Assembly (NCBI GenBank): GCA_964631875.1
Contig: CAZWAN010000004.1
Location: forward strand, 13,998-77,997
Direction: 5' to 3'
Length of the DNA: 64,000 bases
Source: an uncultured Flavobacteriaceae bacterium
Lineage (GTDB): Bacteria; Bacteroidota; Bacteroidia; Flavobacteriales; Flavobacteriaceae
Shown here piece by piece: positions 10,205-20,552 of the stretch. The position numbers and the translations under genes were made by a program. How positions within the stretch are numbered: the stretch's first letter is position 1; each line of letters starts with the position of its first letter. Under the pieces are notes generated by a model, which worked only from the letters and a program-made list of their open reading frames with translations, had not been told where the DNA came from and searched no databases.

Positions 10205-11488
10205 ATGAAACACCTCTCTTTGAGATTAGGGTACATTTTTTGTTATGCCTTGATCATTTTTTGCTTTTCCATCCCTAAAGTTCACGCGCAATTTACAAGC
10301 CTTGTTGATGAATCCCAAACGCAGGTATTGCCGGATTCTACCAAGACCTATTTTATACCGGATGTAACGGAAAAGAACATGCGCTGGTCTGATCGGCGCT
10401 TTAAATTACTGTCATTAAAATTGGGTTTTGCTCCTATACTCGATTATAATTATATCATTCAAGATGATGATAATATAGATCAGGTTGGCGAACAGGATAG
10501 TCGTTTCGATATCCGCAGTGCTCGTATGATGTTCAAGGGGAAAATTAATTTTAAGAATCCATGGCAATATTTGATTAGTGTCGAATATAAAGGTAAAGAC
10601 AGACCAGATGGAAGTGATTCATTTGGACTTACTGATTTTCGATTCGTCATTCCGGTAGGAGATAAAAATGAAATTTATTTGGGGAAATTAAAGGAGACCT
10701 TTATTTATGAAATGGTAGGGGATGCGGCGAATTTACCTCATATGGAAAGATTAATGAGCCCATTTTTTAGAAGTAGAAATATTGGAATGATCTACAAGCA
10801 TTTTTTTCTGAACGATCGTGCAACAATTGCTGCCGGTTGGTTCAATAGTTGGATGGATAATGACTATAGTTTTTCTGAGTCTGCCAATACTTTTACTGCC
10901 AGAATTACAGGTTTACCTAAGTGGTATCAGGATGGTGCTCAGTATGTTCATATGGGTCTTGGAATAAGGTATGTAGAAGCTCAAGATGGCGTGATAAGAT
11001 TAAAGGGTAAAAATGAATCGAATATCACGTCTAACTTTGTAGATACCGGTAATATTGAAGCTGATTCTCAATTTAATTTGAATTTTGAACAGTTATGGAG
11101 TCTGGAGAATTTCTCAGTGCTTTTGGAGTATGTTCACTCATGGGTAGATACAAAATCGGGATATGAGCAATTTAAGGGATACTATGTTACCGGTAGTTAT
11201 GTGTTGAGCGGAGATCCCAGGCCGTATGATAAAAGGTCGGCTTATGCCAGAAGAATAATGCCTGATGGGAAGTATGGTGCACTTGAATTGGTTGGGAGAT
11301 TCGGACAGGTCGATCTTACAAATTCTAATATTGATGGTGGGTTGTTGTATCGTTGGGATATTGGTTTAAATTGGTGGGCTACACAATATTGGAAAACAGG
11401 AATTATTTATGGTATTGGTAACCTTAAAAAAGACGATGTGGTGGGTATTACCAATTCGATACAAATGAGAATTCAATGGATCTATTAA
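10205..11488 (+). CDS. outer-membrane porin, phosphate-selective porin O/P-like family
   Basis: Signal peptide ending VHAQ, C-terminal aromatic residue (WIY), and RFDIRSARMMFKGKI resembling the OprO/P family motif. Confidence 0.55.
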   Translation: MKHLSLRLGYIFCYALIIFCFSIPKVHAQFTSLVDESQTQVLPDSTKTYFIPDVTEKNMRWSDRRFKLLSLKLGFAPILDYNYIIQDDDNIDQVGEQDSRFDIRSARMMFKGKINFKNPWQYLISVEYKGKDRPDGSDSFGLTDFRFVIPVGDKNEIYLGKLKETFIYEMVGDAANLPHMERLMSPFFRSRNIGMIYKHFFLNDRATIAAGWFNSWMDNDYSFSESANTFTARITGLPKWYQDGAQYVHMGLGIRYVEAQDGVIRLKGKNESNITSNFVDTGNIEADSQFNLNFEQLWSLENFSVLLEYVHSWVDTKSGYEQFKGYYVTGSYVLSGDPRPYDKRSAYARRIMPDGKYGALELVGRFGQVDLTNSNIDGGLLYRWDIGLNWWATQYWKTGIIYGIGNLKKDDVVGITNSIQMRIQWIY

Positions 11489-11605
11489 TTGCCTGATATT
11501 GATGTAAAGAATTTCTGTTCAGCTCGCTTTCATTATCAATAGAGTTAATACAAGCTTTAACTTTAAAATTTATCCATTTATTCAGTCATGATTAGAAACA
11601 CACAT

Positions 11606-12952
11606 TTATTGGTTGATTAAAGCTTTTTTCATTGCTTCAGCTTTTACCATACATTCTCTATATTCATTATTGATTTGTGATTGAGATGTAATGGCTCCGC
11701 CGACAGAAAAAGATACATATTTTTTGGATGAATTGTACAAAATACTTCGAATCACTACATTAAAATCAAAATCGTTTTCAGGACTAAAATAGCCCACAGC
11801 GCCTGAGTATAAGCCTCTTTTGGTTTCTTCGAGTTCTTCAATTATTTCCATAGCCGAAATTTTAGGAGCTCCAGTCATACTTCCCATTGGAAAAAGGGAA
11901 ATAAGAATGTCGATCACATCTATTTCTTCATGAACCTCTGATACTACCGTAGAAATTAGTTGGTGGACCTGCTGAAAAGAATAGACTTTACACAGTTCCT
12001 CAACTTTAACGCTACCTTTAATCGCTGTTTTTGACAGATCATTCCGCACCAGGTCAACAATCATTATATTTTCAGATCTTTCTTTTGGATCCTTGGCCAA
12101 TTCCTCCTTAATTTTTTTATCTTCTTCCAGGTCCGAAGATCTTCTCGCCGTACCTTTCATGGGCTGTGAAATAACTTTGGATCTAACTTTTTTGACAAAG
12201 CGCTCGGGTGAAGCTGAGAGTAAATATTTATCATTGATACGTAAAAAAGTAGCAAAGGGGGGTGTAGATATCGCATTGAGTTTTTGGTAAACCACCAAAG
12301 GATGGATCACACTTTTATCGGCAAAGAATTCCTGACAAAAATTGACTTCATAAATATCTCCACGGTGAATATGGGCAAGTATCTTTTCTAATTTTTCATT
12401 GTAAGACGCACGGGAAACTCTCTGCTTTATTTCAATTTCCGTATTGGGGTGAATTCTTTTATAGCTGCTGTTTTGTATGTCGAACCAGTCCTTTTCAATT
12501 TCGTTCGTAAATTCTTCCAGATAAGAAAATGTCAGTTTACCTTGTTGAAGAAATATGATTTTTTCCGGTTGAAAAAAATAAAGGTCATCAAATCCTAAAC
12601 CATCAAAATTTTGGGATGAAAGTTCTTCAATGTCATTTTTTAGATCATAACTCAAGTATCCGAAAATGTAATCATTTGTTTCTTTTCTGAATTTTTTGAG
12701 TTTTTCAAAAGCATTCTTATAAGTGCAACGCAATTCATTTTTCACACCTAAAGCCAAAACTGCATCATAGGTCTCATAAGTTTGATTGCCCAAATGCGTA
12801 TTCGAATCACACCAAAGGAAAACGTTCTCATCCTGAGCCCAATTGAGTAAATTCAATTTAAGGTCTGCAATAGAATTAGCGTTGAAATCTTTCTGGATTC
12901 TCAAAGTATTGAAAAAATAAATGGTTATCGAAAAATACTTAAATTCTTTCAA
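11606..12952 (-). CDS. pabB: chorismate-binding enzyme, aminodeoxychorismate synthase component I-like
   Basis: C-terminal chorismate-binding motifs (PMGSMTGAPK, RGLYSGAVGYF, GGAI). No adjacent trp genes, so PabB is more likely than TrpE. Confidence 0.65.
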   Translation of the reverse strand: MKEFKYFSITIYFFNTLRIQKDFNANSIADLKLNLLNWAQDENVFLWCDSNTHLGNQTYETYDAVLALGVKNELRCTYKNAFEKLKKFRKETNDYIFGYLSYDLKNDIEELSSQNFDGLGFDDLYFFQPEKIIFLQQGKLTFSYLEEFTNEIEKDWFDIQNSSYKRIHPNTEIEIKQRVSRASYNEKLEKILAHIHRGDIYEVNFCQEFFADKSVIHPLVVYQKLNAISTPPFATFLRINDKYLLSASPERFVKKVRSKVISQPMKGTARRSSDLEEDKKIKEELAKDPKERSENIMIVDLVRNDLSKTAIKGSVKVEELCKVYSFQQVHQLISTVVSEVHEEIDVIDILISLFPMGSMTGAPKISAMEIIEELEETKRGLYSGAVGYFSPENDFDFNVVIRSILYNSSKKYVSFSVGGAITSQSQINNEYRECMVKAEAMKKALINQ

Positions 12953-12981
12953 TAACCATTTTTATGTTAAGTATTAGTTTA

Positions 12982-14382
12982 CTAACTGTGAATAGACCTG
13001 TTCTCTACAGCCAGACATGCTTCTTTAATAGCTTCAGTATAAGTAGGGTGAGCGTGTGACATTCGGGCCACATCTTCACTTGAAGCTCTAAATTCCATGG
13101 CGACAACCGCTTCCGCAATCATGTCTGCCGCTCTTGCACCAATCATATGCACACCTAAGATCTCATCTGTTTTTGCGTCAGCCAAAACTTTTACCAGTCC
13201 ATCAATATCCATACTCGCTCTTGCTCTTCCCAATGCACGCATCGGAAAGGAGCCCGATTTATAATGAACACCTTCCGCTTTCAATTCTTCCTCTGTTTTG
13301 CCCACTCCTGCAACTTCAGGCCAGGTGTATACAACTCCGGGAATTAAATTATAATCTATATGTGGTTTCTGACCGGCGATAATTTCTGCCGCCATTGTTC
13401 CTTCCTCTTCTGCTTTGTGTGCCAACATAGCACCTTTTACGACATCGCCAATGGCATAAATATTCGGAATATTGGTTTGTAGATGCTTATTTGTCTCAAT
13501 TTGTCCTCGCTCATTTACTTGTATGCCTACATTTTCCAATCCAAGCCCCTCCGTGTAAGCCTTTCTTCCTACAGCTACCAAACAGTAATCTCCTTTGAAT
13601 TCTACCGGATTTCCTTTTTTGTCATTTGCAGTGACAGTTACTTCGTTGCCAGAAACTTTTACAGAAGATACCTTATGATCTGTAAAGAACTTCATTCCTT
13701 GCTTTTTCAAAGATTTTTGTAATTCTTTAGAAAGCGCACTGTCCATGGTTGGAATGATCGAAGGCATGTATTCTATCACAGAAACCTCTGCACCTAATCG
13801 TTTGTACACTTGTCCAAGCTCAAGGCCAATTACACCGCCGCCGATAACGAGAAGATGTTTTGGGATTTCAGACAAGCTCAAAGCTTCGGTGGACGTAATG
13901 ATTCTTTTTTTGTCAATTTTTATAAATGGCAGACTTCCCGGTTTTGATCCGGTAGCGATAATGGTATGTTTTGCCTCAATTGTTTCAGTCTCGTTGTTTT
14001 CTTTTTTAATCTGGATATGATTGGCATCTTTAAAAGAACCTACGCCCTGAAATGTGTCGATCTTGTTTTTATCCATCAAAAAATTGATACCACCCGATGT
14101 TTGGGCAACAACCTCACTTTTGCGATCGATCATTTGTTTGAAATTAACTTTGACGTCTTTGGCTTGGATACCATGTTTTTCAAAATGATGGAGAGCATCG
14201 TAATAATGGTGGGAGGAGTCCAGCAGTGCTTTGGATGGAATACAACCTACGTTTAAGCAGGTTCCACCCATGGTTGGATATTTTTCAATAATAGCCGTTT
14301 TTAAACCCAATTGAGCACATCTAATAGCCGCAACATAACCTCCGGGTCCGGAACCTATAACAACAACATCGTATAATTTCAT
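12982..14382 (-). CDS. lpdA: dihydrolipoyl dehydrogenase
   Basis: GSGPGGY FAD motif, redox-active GGTCLNVGCIPSK, C-terminal HAHPT motif. Confidence 0.9.
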   Translation of the reverse strand: MKLYDVVVIGSGPGGYVAAIRCAQLGLKTAIIEKYPTMGGTCLNVGCIPSKALLDSSHHYYDALHHFEKHGIQAKDVKVNFKQMIDRKSEVVAQTSGGINFLMDKNKIDTFQGVGSFKDANHIQIKKENNETETIEAKHTIIATGSKPGSLPFIKIDKKRIITSTEALSLSEIPKHLLVIGGGVIGLELGQVYKRLGAEVSVIEYMPSIIPTMDSALSKELQKSLKKQGMKFFTDHKVSSVKVSGNEVTVTANDKKGNPVEFKGDYCLVAVGRKAYTEGLGLENVGIQVNERGQIETNKHLQTNIPNIYAIGDVVKGAMLAHKAEEEGTMAAEIIAGQKPHIDYNLIPGVVYTWPEVAGVGKTEEELKAEGVHYKSGSFPMRALGRARASMDIDGLVKVLADAKTDEILGVHMIGARAADMIAEAVVAMEFRASSEDVARMSHAHPTYTEAIKEACLAVENRSIHS

Positions 14383-14436
14383 TTGTGAATTTTTTTATTC
14401 GATTGCAAAAATAGTTATTAAATCTAATAATTTGGC

Positions 14437-16494
14437 TTAGTTCTGGAGTAATCCGGCTCTTTTTAGCAAGGCGCCGGCATCAGGTTCCTTTCCTCTGAAT
14501 TTTTTGTAGAGTATCATGGGTTTATCAGTACCTCCTTGACTCAGTACAAATTTTTCAAATTTTTGGGCAGTTTCTCTATCGAAGATTCCTTTCTCTTTAA
14601 AGGCTTCAAAAGCATCTGCATCTAAAACCTCGGCCCATTTATAACTGTAATAACCCGACGAATATCCACCTTGAAAAATATGTGAAAAAGCGGTGCTCAT
14701 ACAATTTTCGGGTACATCAGGATAGAATTTGGTCTGTTCAAAAGATAACTCTTCATAAGATTTAACATCTTTAATACTAGACACATCTTTAGCGTGCCAA
14801 GCCATATCTAAAAGTCCGAAACTTATTTGTCTTACGGTTGCCAGTCCTTCTAAAAAGTTAGAGGATTTCTTGATTTTTTCAATGAGTTCAAAAGGAATTA
14901 ACTCGCCTGTTTCATAATGTTTAGCAAAGAGTTTGAGCGCATCCTCCTCATAACACCAATTTTCAAAAACTTGGGAAGGCAATTCTACAAAATCCCAATA
15001 AACACTTGTTCCGGAAAGACTAGGGTAAGTAGTATTGGCCAGCATGCCGTGTAGGGCATGACCAAACTCATGAAAAAGAGTGGTTACTTCGTTAAAAGTA
15101 AGGAGGGAAGGCTTCGTTTTTGTCGGTTTGGTAAAGTTACATACGATGGAAATATGTGGTCTCGAATTGACTCCGTCTTTTTTCCACTGATTTTTATAGG
15201 AAGTCATCCAAGCGCCATTTCTTTTACCTTTTCTAGGAAAAAAATCTGCGTAAAGAACGGAAATGACCTCCTCATTTTTTTTAACCAGATAGGTTTTGAC
15301 ATCCTCATGGTATGTATCAATATCCTGAACTTCTTCAAATTTTAAGTTATATAACTTATTTGATATGTCGAAAACACCTTGAATTACATTTTCCAGTTTA
15401 AAATAGGGTTTTAGTTGTTCTTCATCCAGGTCGAATAGTTGTTTCTTTAATTTTTCGCTGTAGAAAGATCCATCCCATTTTTGCAAAATTTCAATTTGAT
15501 CTTTTTTGGCCAGTTCTTTGAGCTGTTCAAATTCTTTTTGCGCGGCCGGTTTGGCTTTTCGTAAGAGGTCTTCTAAAAAATCTATAACCTTTTGGGGTTT
15601 CTCAGCCATTCTTTCTTCCAGAACAAAATGAGCATGCGTAGGGTATCCCAATAAGTTTGCACGCTCATTTCTTAAATTTACGATATCTAACACGATCTGT
15701 TGATTGTCGGTTTCATTTTGCTGAAAACCTCTTTTTCCGTATTCTTTGGCCAAGATTTCTCTCAAAGTTCGATTCTCTGCATAGGTCATAAAGGGCAGAT
15801 AGCTCGGTATATCTAGGGTAAAGATCCATCCTTCTTTACTCTTTTCTTCGGCCAAAATTTTTGCCGCTTCCACAGCGCCATCAGGTAAACCCTTTAATTT
15901 TTCTTGATCTGTAATCAGTAATTCATAGGCATTATTTTCTGCCAATACATTTTCACCAAATTTTAAAGAGAGTTGGGCTAATTTCTTATCGATTTCTCTT
16001 AATTTTTTTTGATCAGCTTCAGCTAGATTGGCACCATTACGGGTAAATCCTTTGTACTTTTTTTCGAGCAAAGTTTTTTGCTCTGTTGACAATTGGGATG
16101 TATCCTGATTTTCAAACACGCTTTTTACTTTGGCAAAAAGGGCTTTATTAAGTCGGATATCATTAGAAAAATCAGAAAGCAGGGGAGATACCTCTTGTGC
16201 AATTCTTTGAATTTCATCGTTGGTTTCGGCCGAATTTAAATTGAAAAAAATACTCGAGATCCGATCCAGTTTTTCGCCTGAAAAATCCAGTGCCTCAATG
16301 GTGTTTTTAAAATTGGGCTCTTCCGTATTTAATATAATATCGTCAATTTCCGCTTTGGCCATTTCGATGGCTTTGTCAAAAGCAGGTTTAAAATGCTCAT
16401 TTTTGATTTTTGAAAAGGGAGCTGTTCCTAATAAACCAGAGAACTCCAATAATAAAGGATTTTCCATAAAACAAGGAATATTTGAGGTAGTCAA
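14437..16494 (-). CDS. dcp: M3 family metallopeptidase (peptidyl-dipeptidase Dcp / oligopeptidase A-like)
   Basis: HEFGHALH zinc motif; ~680 aa as typical for M3A. The start could instead be the Met 9 codons downstream (MENPLL). Confidence 0.8.
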   Translation of the reverse strand: MTTSNIPCFMENPLLLEFSGLLGTAPFSKIKNEHFKPAFDKAIEMAKAEIDDIILNTEEPNFKNTIEALDFSGEKLDRISSIFFNLNSAETNDEIQRIAQEVSPLLSDFSNDIRLNKALFAKVKSVFENQDTSQLSTEQKTLLEKKYKGFTRNGANLAEADQKKLREIDKKLAQLSLKFGENVLAENNAYELLITDQEKLKGLPDGAVEAAKILAEEKSKEGWIFTLDIPSYLPFMTYAENRTLREILAKEYGKRGFQQNETDNQQIVLDIVNLRNERANLLGYPTHAHFVLEERMAEKPQKVIDFLEDLLRKAKPAAQKEFEQLKELAKKDQIEILQKWDGSFYSEKLKKQLFDLDEEQLKPYFKLENVIQGVFDISNKLYNLKFEEVQDIDTYHEDVKTYLVKKNEEVISVLYADFFPRKGKRNGAWMTSYKNQWKKDGVNSRPHISIVCNFTKPTKTKPSLLTFNEVTTLFHEFGHALHGMLANTTYPSLSGTSVYWDFVELPSQVFENWCYEEDALKLFAKHYETGELIPFELIEKIKKSSNFLEGLATVRQISFGLLDMAWHAKDVSSIKDVKSYEELSFEQTKFYPDVPENCMSTAFSHIFQGGYSSGYYSYKWAEVLDADAFEAFKEKGIFDRETAQKFEKFVLSQGGTDKPMILYKKFRGKEPDAGALLKRAGLLQN

Positions 16495-16518
16495 AAAATT
16501 AGAAAATAGTAAGGTGTT

Positions 16519-17004
16519 TTATTTTTTTAGTTTGGCGGATGCCTCAAGCACTTTACTTTTTAAGCTTTCTTTGTAAAAAATAACTTTGTCGAGTACGCAT
16601 TTATCGGATGAGCCAACGATTTGAGCCGCCAGAATTCCGGCATTCTTTGCACCATCCAAGGCCACTGTGGCGACCGGTACTCCTCCCGGCATTTGTAAGA
16701 TAGAAAGAACCGAATCCCAACCATCAATAGAGTTTCTGGATTTTACCGGTACACCGATAACCGGCAACGGACTCATAGATGCTACCATGCCGGGTAAATG
16801 TGCTGCCCCACCGGCACCTGCAATGATCACATTAATTCCTCTTTTATGGGCATTAGTTGCATAATCAAAAAGTTTTTCAGGAGTTCTGTGGGCTGAAACG
16901 ATATCTACTTCAGTTTCAATATCAAAACCTTCTAGAATTTCTATTGCTTCGCGCATTATTGGAAGATCTGAATCACTTCCCATGATAATTCCAACCTTGG
17001 CCAT
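16519..17004 (-). CDS. purE: 5-(carboxyamino)imidazole ribonucleotide mutase
   Basis: MAKVGIIMGSDSDLP...SAHRTP...AGGAAHLPG motifs. I chose ATG 17004; the longer listed ORF adds 26 residues unlike PurE. Confidence 0.9.
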   Translation of the reverse strand: MAKVGIIMGSDSDLPIMREAIEILEGFDIETEVDIVSAHRTPEKLFDYATNAHKRGINVIIAGAGGAAHLPGMVASMSPLPVIGVPVKSRNSIDGWDSVLSILQMPGGVPVATVALDGAKNAGILAAQIVGSSDKCVLDKVIFYKESLKSKVLEASAKLKK

Positions 17005-17100
17005 AAAATAAATTAATTTGAGCTGTTTAAAAATTTGAATAAGACAAATATTTTGCCTTATTTTAGGGCTAAGATAAAACAAAAAATAGGTTTATTCCCC

Positions 17101-18630
17101 ATGCAAATTCCATTATTTAATACTGTTCTTTCCTGGATTTTGAAAAAACGCAAATACCAAATGGATATGTTTATCAAGTTCCCGATAGACACGCAAGGAG
17201 AGGTTTTATATAATTTGCTTTCTTCTGCCAAAAACACCGAGTTGGGCAAGGCCTATGATTTTCATTCTATCAAAAGCTATGAATCTTTTTCACAAAGGGT
17301 TCCCATTAGAAAATATGAATCGATAGAGCCCATGATAGACAGAGCTCGAAAAGGGGAGAACAATATTTTTTGGCCTACAAAAATTCAGTGGTTTGCAAAA
17401 TCAAGTGGAACAACAAATGCTAAAAGCAAGTTTATTCCCGTGAGCAATGAAGCCTTAGAGGATTGTCATTTAAAGGCGGGGAAAGACATGCTCTGTATGT
17501 ACATCAATAACAATGAGGATACTGAATTGTTCAATGGAAAAAGTTTAAGGTTGGGAGGAAGCAGTGCATTATACGAGAACAGTGATACTTATTTTGGAGA
17601 TTTGTCAGCCATTATTATAGAAAATTTACCTTTTTGGGCAGATTTTAGCAGTACACCAAGCCAGAAAACTGCCTTAATGGGAGAATGGGAGGCAAAAATG
17701 GAAGCCATCATCAATGAAACAATCAACGAAGATATCACGAGTTTGGCCGGAGTACCTTCGTGGATGCTTGTGCTTCTGAACAGGGTGTTAGAGAAAACGG
17801 GAAAATCAAATATTCTTGAGGTCTGGCCGAATCTGGAAGTATATTTTCATGGAGGGGTAAGCTTTAACCCTTATCGGGAACAATACAAAAAACTCATACC
17901 CAGCGATCATTTTAAATATTACGAAATTTATAATGCGTCTGAAGGTTTTTTTGCCATACAAGATTTAAATGATAGCAGCGAATTACTTTTGATGCTCGAT
18001 TATGGAATTTTTTATGAATTTATTCCCATGGAAGAATTCAAAGATGAAGATTCTACAGCCATTCCTTTGGAAAAAGTTGAATTGAACAAGAATTACGCAT
18101 TGGTAATTTCTACAAATTCCGGATTGTGGAGGTATTTGATTGGTGATACTATAAAATTTACTTCACTGGATCCTTATCGCATAAAAATAACAGGGAGAAC
18201 AAAACATTTTATCAATGTGTTTGGTGAAGAATTGATGGTAGAAAATGCTGAGGAGGCTCTTAAAGAAGCAAGTTTAAAAACGGAAGCTGAAATAGTTGAT
18301 TATACAGTTGCCCCTGTATTTATGTCTGATAAAAAGCAAGGAAGCCATGAATGGATGATCGAATTTAGAAAATCTCCAAAAGATTTTGACGTTTTTAAAA
18401 ATACACTAGACGACTCTTTAAAATTATTGAATTCTGATTATGAGGCTAAAAGATATAAGAATATGACACTTAATCCGCCTATCATAAGGGCTGTTAAAAG
18501 TGGCTTGTTCTACGAATGGTTAAAGGTACACAATAAATTAGGGGGTCAACACAAAGTTCCCAGACTTTGCAATGACAGACATTTTATAGAAGAACTCAAG
18601 GTGTTGGAAGCCCGCTATCAAGATTCGTGA
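17101..18630 (+). CDS. GH3 family adenylate-forming enzyme (GH3 auxin-responsive promoter family)
   Basis: SSGTTNAKSKFIPVS adenylation motif, YNASEG, and ~500 aa length typical of bacterial GH3 homologues. ATG 17101 preferred to the TTG at 17035. Confidence 0.75.
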   Translation: MQIPLFNTVLSWILKKRKYQMDMFIKFPIDTQGEVLYNLLSSAKNTELGKAYDFHSIKSYESFSQRVPIRKYESIEPMIDRARKGENNIFWPTKIQWFAKSSGTTNAKSKFIPVSNEALEDCHLKAGKDMLCMYINNNEDTELFNGKSLRLGGSSALYENSDTYFGDLSAIIIENLPFWADFSSTPSQKTALMGEWEAKMEAIINETINEDITSLAGVPSWMLVLLNRVLEKTGKSNILEVWPNLEVYFHGGVSFNPYREQYKKLIPSDHFKYYEIYNASEGFFAIQDLNDSSELLLMLDYGIFYEFIPMEEFKDEDSTAIPLEKVELNKNYALVISTNSGLWRYLIGDTIKFTSLDPYRIKITGRTKHFINVFGEELMVENAEEALKEASLKTEAEIVDYTVAPVFMSDKKQGSHEWMIEFRKSPKDFDVFKNTLDDSLKLLNSDYEAKRYKNMTLNPPIIRAVKSGLFYEWLKVHNKLGGQHKVPRLCNDRHFIEELKVLEARYQDS

Positions 18631-19534
18631 TATCTTCACTTACCCAGGCTTCACAAAGAATTTTAAAATCAGAAGTTGGGTCGTTCGCTTCTTGAAAAGC
18701 TTTATAATCTATCCAAACAAAACCGTTATTTCCCCAATTTTTACCCCATGAATTAACCACTTTAAATGCTTGCTTTGCATCATCGTAGCCAACAACCAAC
18801 ATGGCATGCCCTCCATCGTCATGTACAAATTTTCGATATACAGCGTCACTTCCTTCTCTGGCTCCAAAGTAATTTCTATCAATTGAAACGGCAATTACAA
18901 TGGGTTGATTCTTTGTTAAAAAAGCTTTTGATTGTTCAAAAACTTGATTTTCATTTAAGTAATAAAATTCTTTGATTTTGTTAGGAGCGGCCAATTCTAT
19001 CAATTCAGGGGTAGGCATCACAAAGCAGTTATCATCATCATATGGAAAATCATTCCATGTGCTTACGCCTTGAGAGACAAGTAATTCCAGTCCTTTTGAA
19101 ATTACTGCCCCGTCGCAAGGTTCCACTTTGATCTGGTTAAAGATAAAGGCAGGACTCAAATTAAGGTCGTTTGAGTTCGTGTTTTTTCGGTTGTTTTCAA
19201 GATTCTCCTGAAATGTTTTGAGGTAATAACCGGTTGCCCAGGCTACACATGAACCCTGAGTTCCCTGAGATCGTACTTCGGGTAAATACTCAGATAAATC
19301 AATAGAGGCAGGTAGATTCGCAGGGATTTCTATGACAGCCACTTTCTGATCAGCTAAAGGTGTCGTGTAGCCATAGCAATAACCACCTTCAACTCCAAGT
19401 GTTTCATTTTGAGGATCGGGGTTTACAACAATTGGATCGCCGTCACCATCCACATTCGGATTTTGGAGTTCACTAAAGGAGCTGTCGCAATTGGTAAAGA
19501 AGATTATAATGATGACGAGTAAAAGTCTTTTCAT
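18596..19534 (-). CDS. papain-like (C1 family) cysteine peptidase, predicted lipoprotein
   Basis: Catalytic QGTQGSCVAWA (Cys), GGHAMLVVGYD (His), VNSWGKNWGNNGF (Asn/Trp). Lipobox-like FFTNC after a hydrophobic signal. Start at MKRLLL. Confidence 0.8.
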   Translation of the reverse strand: MKRLLLVIIIIFFTNCDSSFSELQNPNVDGDGDPIVVNPDPQNETLGVEGGYCYGYTTPLADQKVAVIEIPANLPASIDLSEYLPEVRSQGTQGSCVAWATGYYLKTFQENLENNRKNTNSNDLNLSPAFIFNQIKVEPCDGAVISKGLELLVSQGVSTWNDFPYDDDNCFVMPTPELIELAAPNKIKEFYYLNENQVFEQSKAFLTKNQPIVIAVSIDRNYFGAREGSDAVYRKFVHDDGGHAMLVVGYDDAKQAFKVVNSWGKNWGNNGFVWIDYKAFQEANDPTSDFKILCEAWVSEDITNLDSGLPTP

Positions 19535-19556
19535 GCTTAAACAGATAATTACTCCA

Positions 19557-20534
19557 TTACTTTTCTCTATCAATTACATAATTGACCATTTTGATAAGAG
19601 AAGATTTGTAAGGCGAATCAGGATACTTATTTAACAAAAACAATGCCTCTTTTTGGAATTCTTCCATTTTTGATATGGTATAATTAATCCCTCCACCTGA
19701 TTTTACGAAATTGATCACTTCTTTTACGCGTTTTTTGTTTTTGTTATGATTCTTAACTGAGTTGATCAACCATTTTCTATCTTTTTCTGAGCAATTGTTA
19801 AGCGTGTAAATCAGTGGGAGCGTCATTTTCTGCTCTTTTATATCAATTCCTGTGGGCTTGCCAATTTTTTCATCAGTATAATCAAAGAGGTCATCTTTGA
19901 TCTGAAATGCAATTCCGATCAATTCACCAAAACGCCTCATGTTCTCTATTTCATCTGCAGAGGCGTCGACGGAGGTAGCGCCAATGGCCGTGCACGCCGC
20001 AATCAGTGTTGCCGTTTTTTTTCTGATGATCTCAAAGTAAACATCTTCTGTGATATCTAATAGACGGGCCTTTTCAATTTGTAATAACTCACCTTCACTC
20101 ATTTCTCTAACAGCCACGGAAATATGTTTCAGGATATCAAAATCGCCATTGTCGATAGATAATATAAGACCTTTTGATAATAAAAAATCGCCAAAAAGTA
20201 CAGCGATTTTATTTTTCCACAAAGCATTTAAACTAAAGAAGCCTCTTCTGTGATTACTATCATCAACAATATCGTCGTGCACCAATGTTGCCGTATGGAT
20301 CAATTCTATAACCGCCGCTCCTCTGTAGGTTCTTTCTTTAAAATTTCCTTCCGACACCATTTTGGCGACTAAAAAAACAAACATGGGTCTCATTTGTTTG
20401 CCTTTTCTGCGCACGATATAATGTGTGATTCGGTTGATCAGTGGGACATTAGAAGCCATAGAATCTTTGAACTTTTGTTCAAAGTTTTCCATTTCTGTTT
20501 GAATAGGAATTTTTATAAGTTCTACTGTCTTCAA
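19557..20534 (-). CDS. polyprenyl diphosphate synthase (trans-IPPS, long-chain type)
   Basis: Two Asp-rich motifs (LVHDDIVDD and IKDDLFD); 325 aa. Confidence 0.85.
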   Translation of the reverse strand: MKTVELIKIPIQTEMENFEQKFKDSMASNVPLINRITHYIVRRKGKQMRPMFVFLVAKMVSEGNFKERTYRGAAVIELIHTATLVHDDIVDDSNHRRGFFSLNALWKNKIAVLFGDFLLSKGLILSIDNGDFDILKHISVAVREMSEGELLQIEKARLLDITEDVYFEIIRKKTATLIAACTAIGATSVDASADEIENMRRFGELIGIAFQIKDDLFDYTDEKIGKPTGIDIKEQKMTLPLIYTLNNCSEKDRKWLINSVKNHNKNKKRVKEVINFVKSGGGINYTISKMEEFQKEALFLLNKYPDSPYKSSLIKMVNYVIDREK

Positions 20535-20552
20535 GGATCTAAATGTTGGAAG

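Noticed and set aside
16519-17249. Longer alternative starts for purE (17082) and the GH3 gene (17035); likewise serS (28263), the receptor (32585), the SRPBCC gene (54072), Nfu (60465) and the C1 peptidase (19573)
   Set aside because: The extra N-terminal residues do not resemble the respective families. Internal ATGs give canonical N-termini or signal peptides. In one case (54128) a TAnnTTTG box lies inside the extension.
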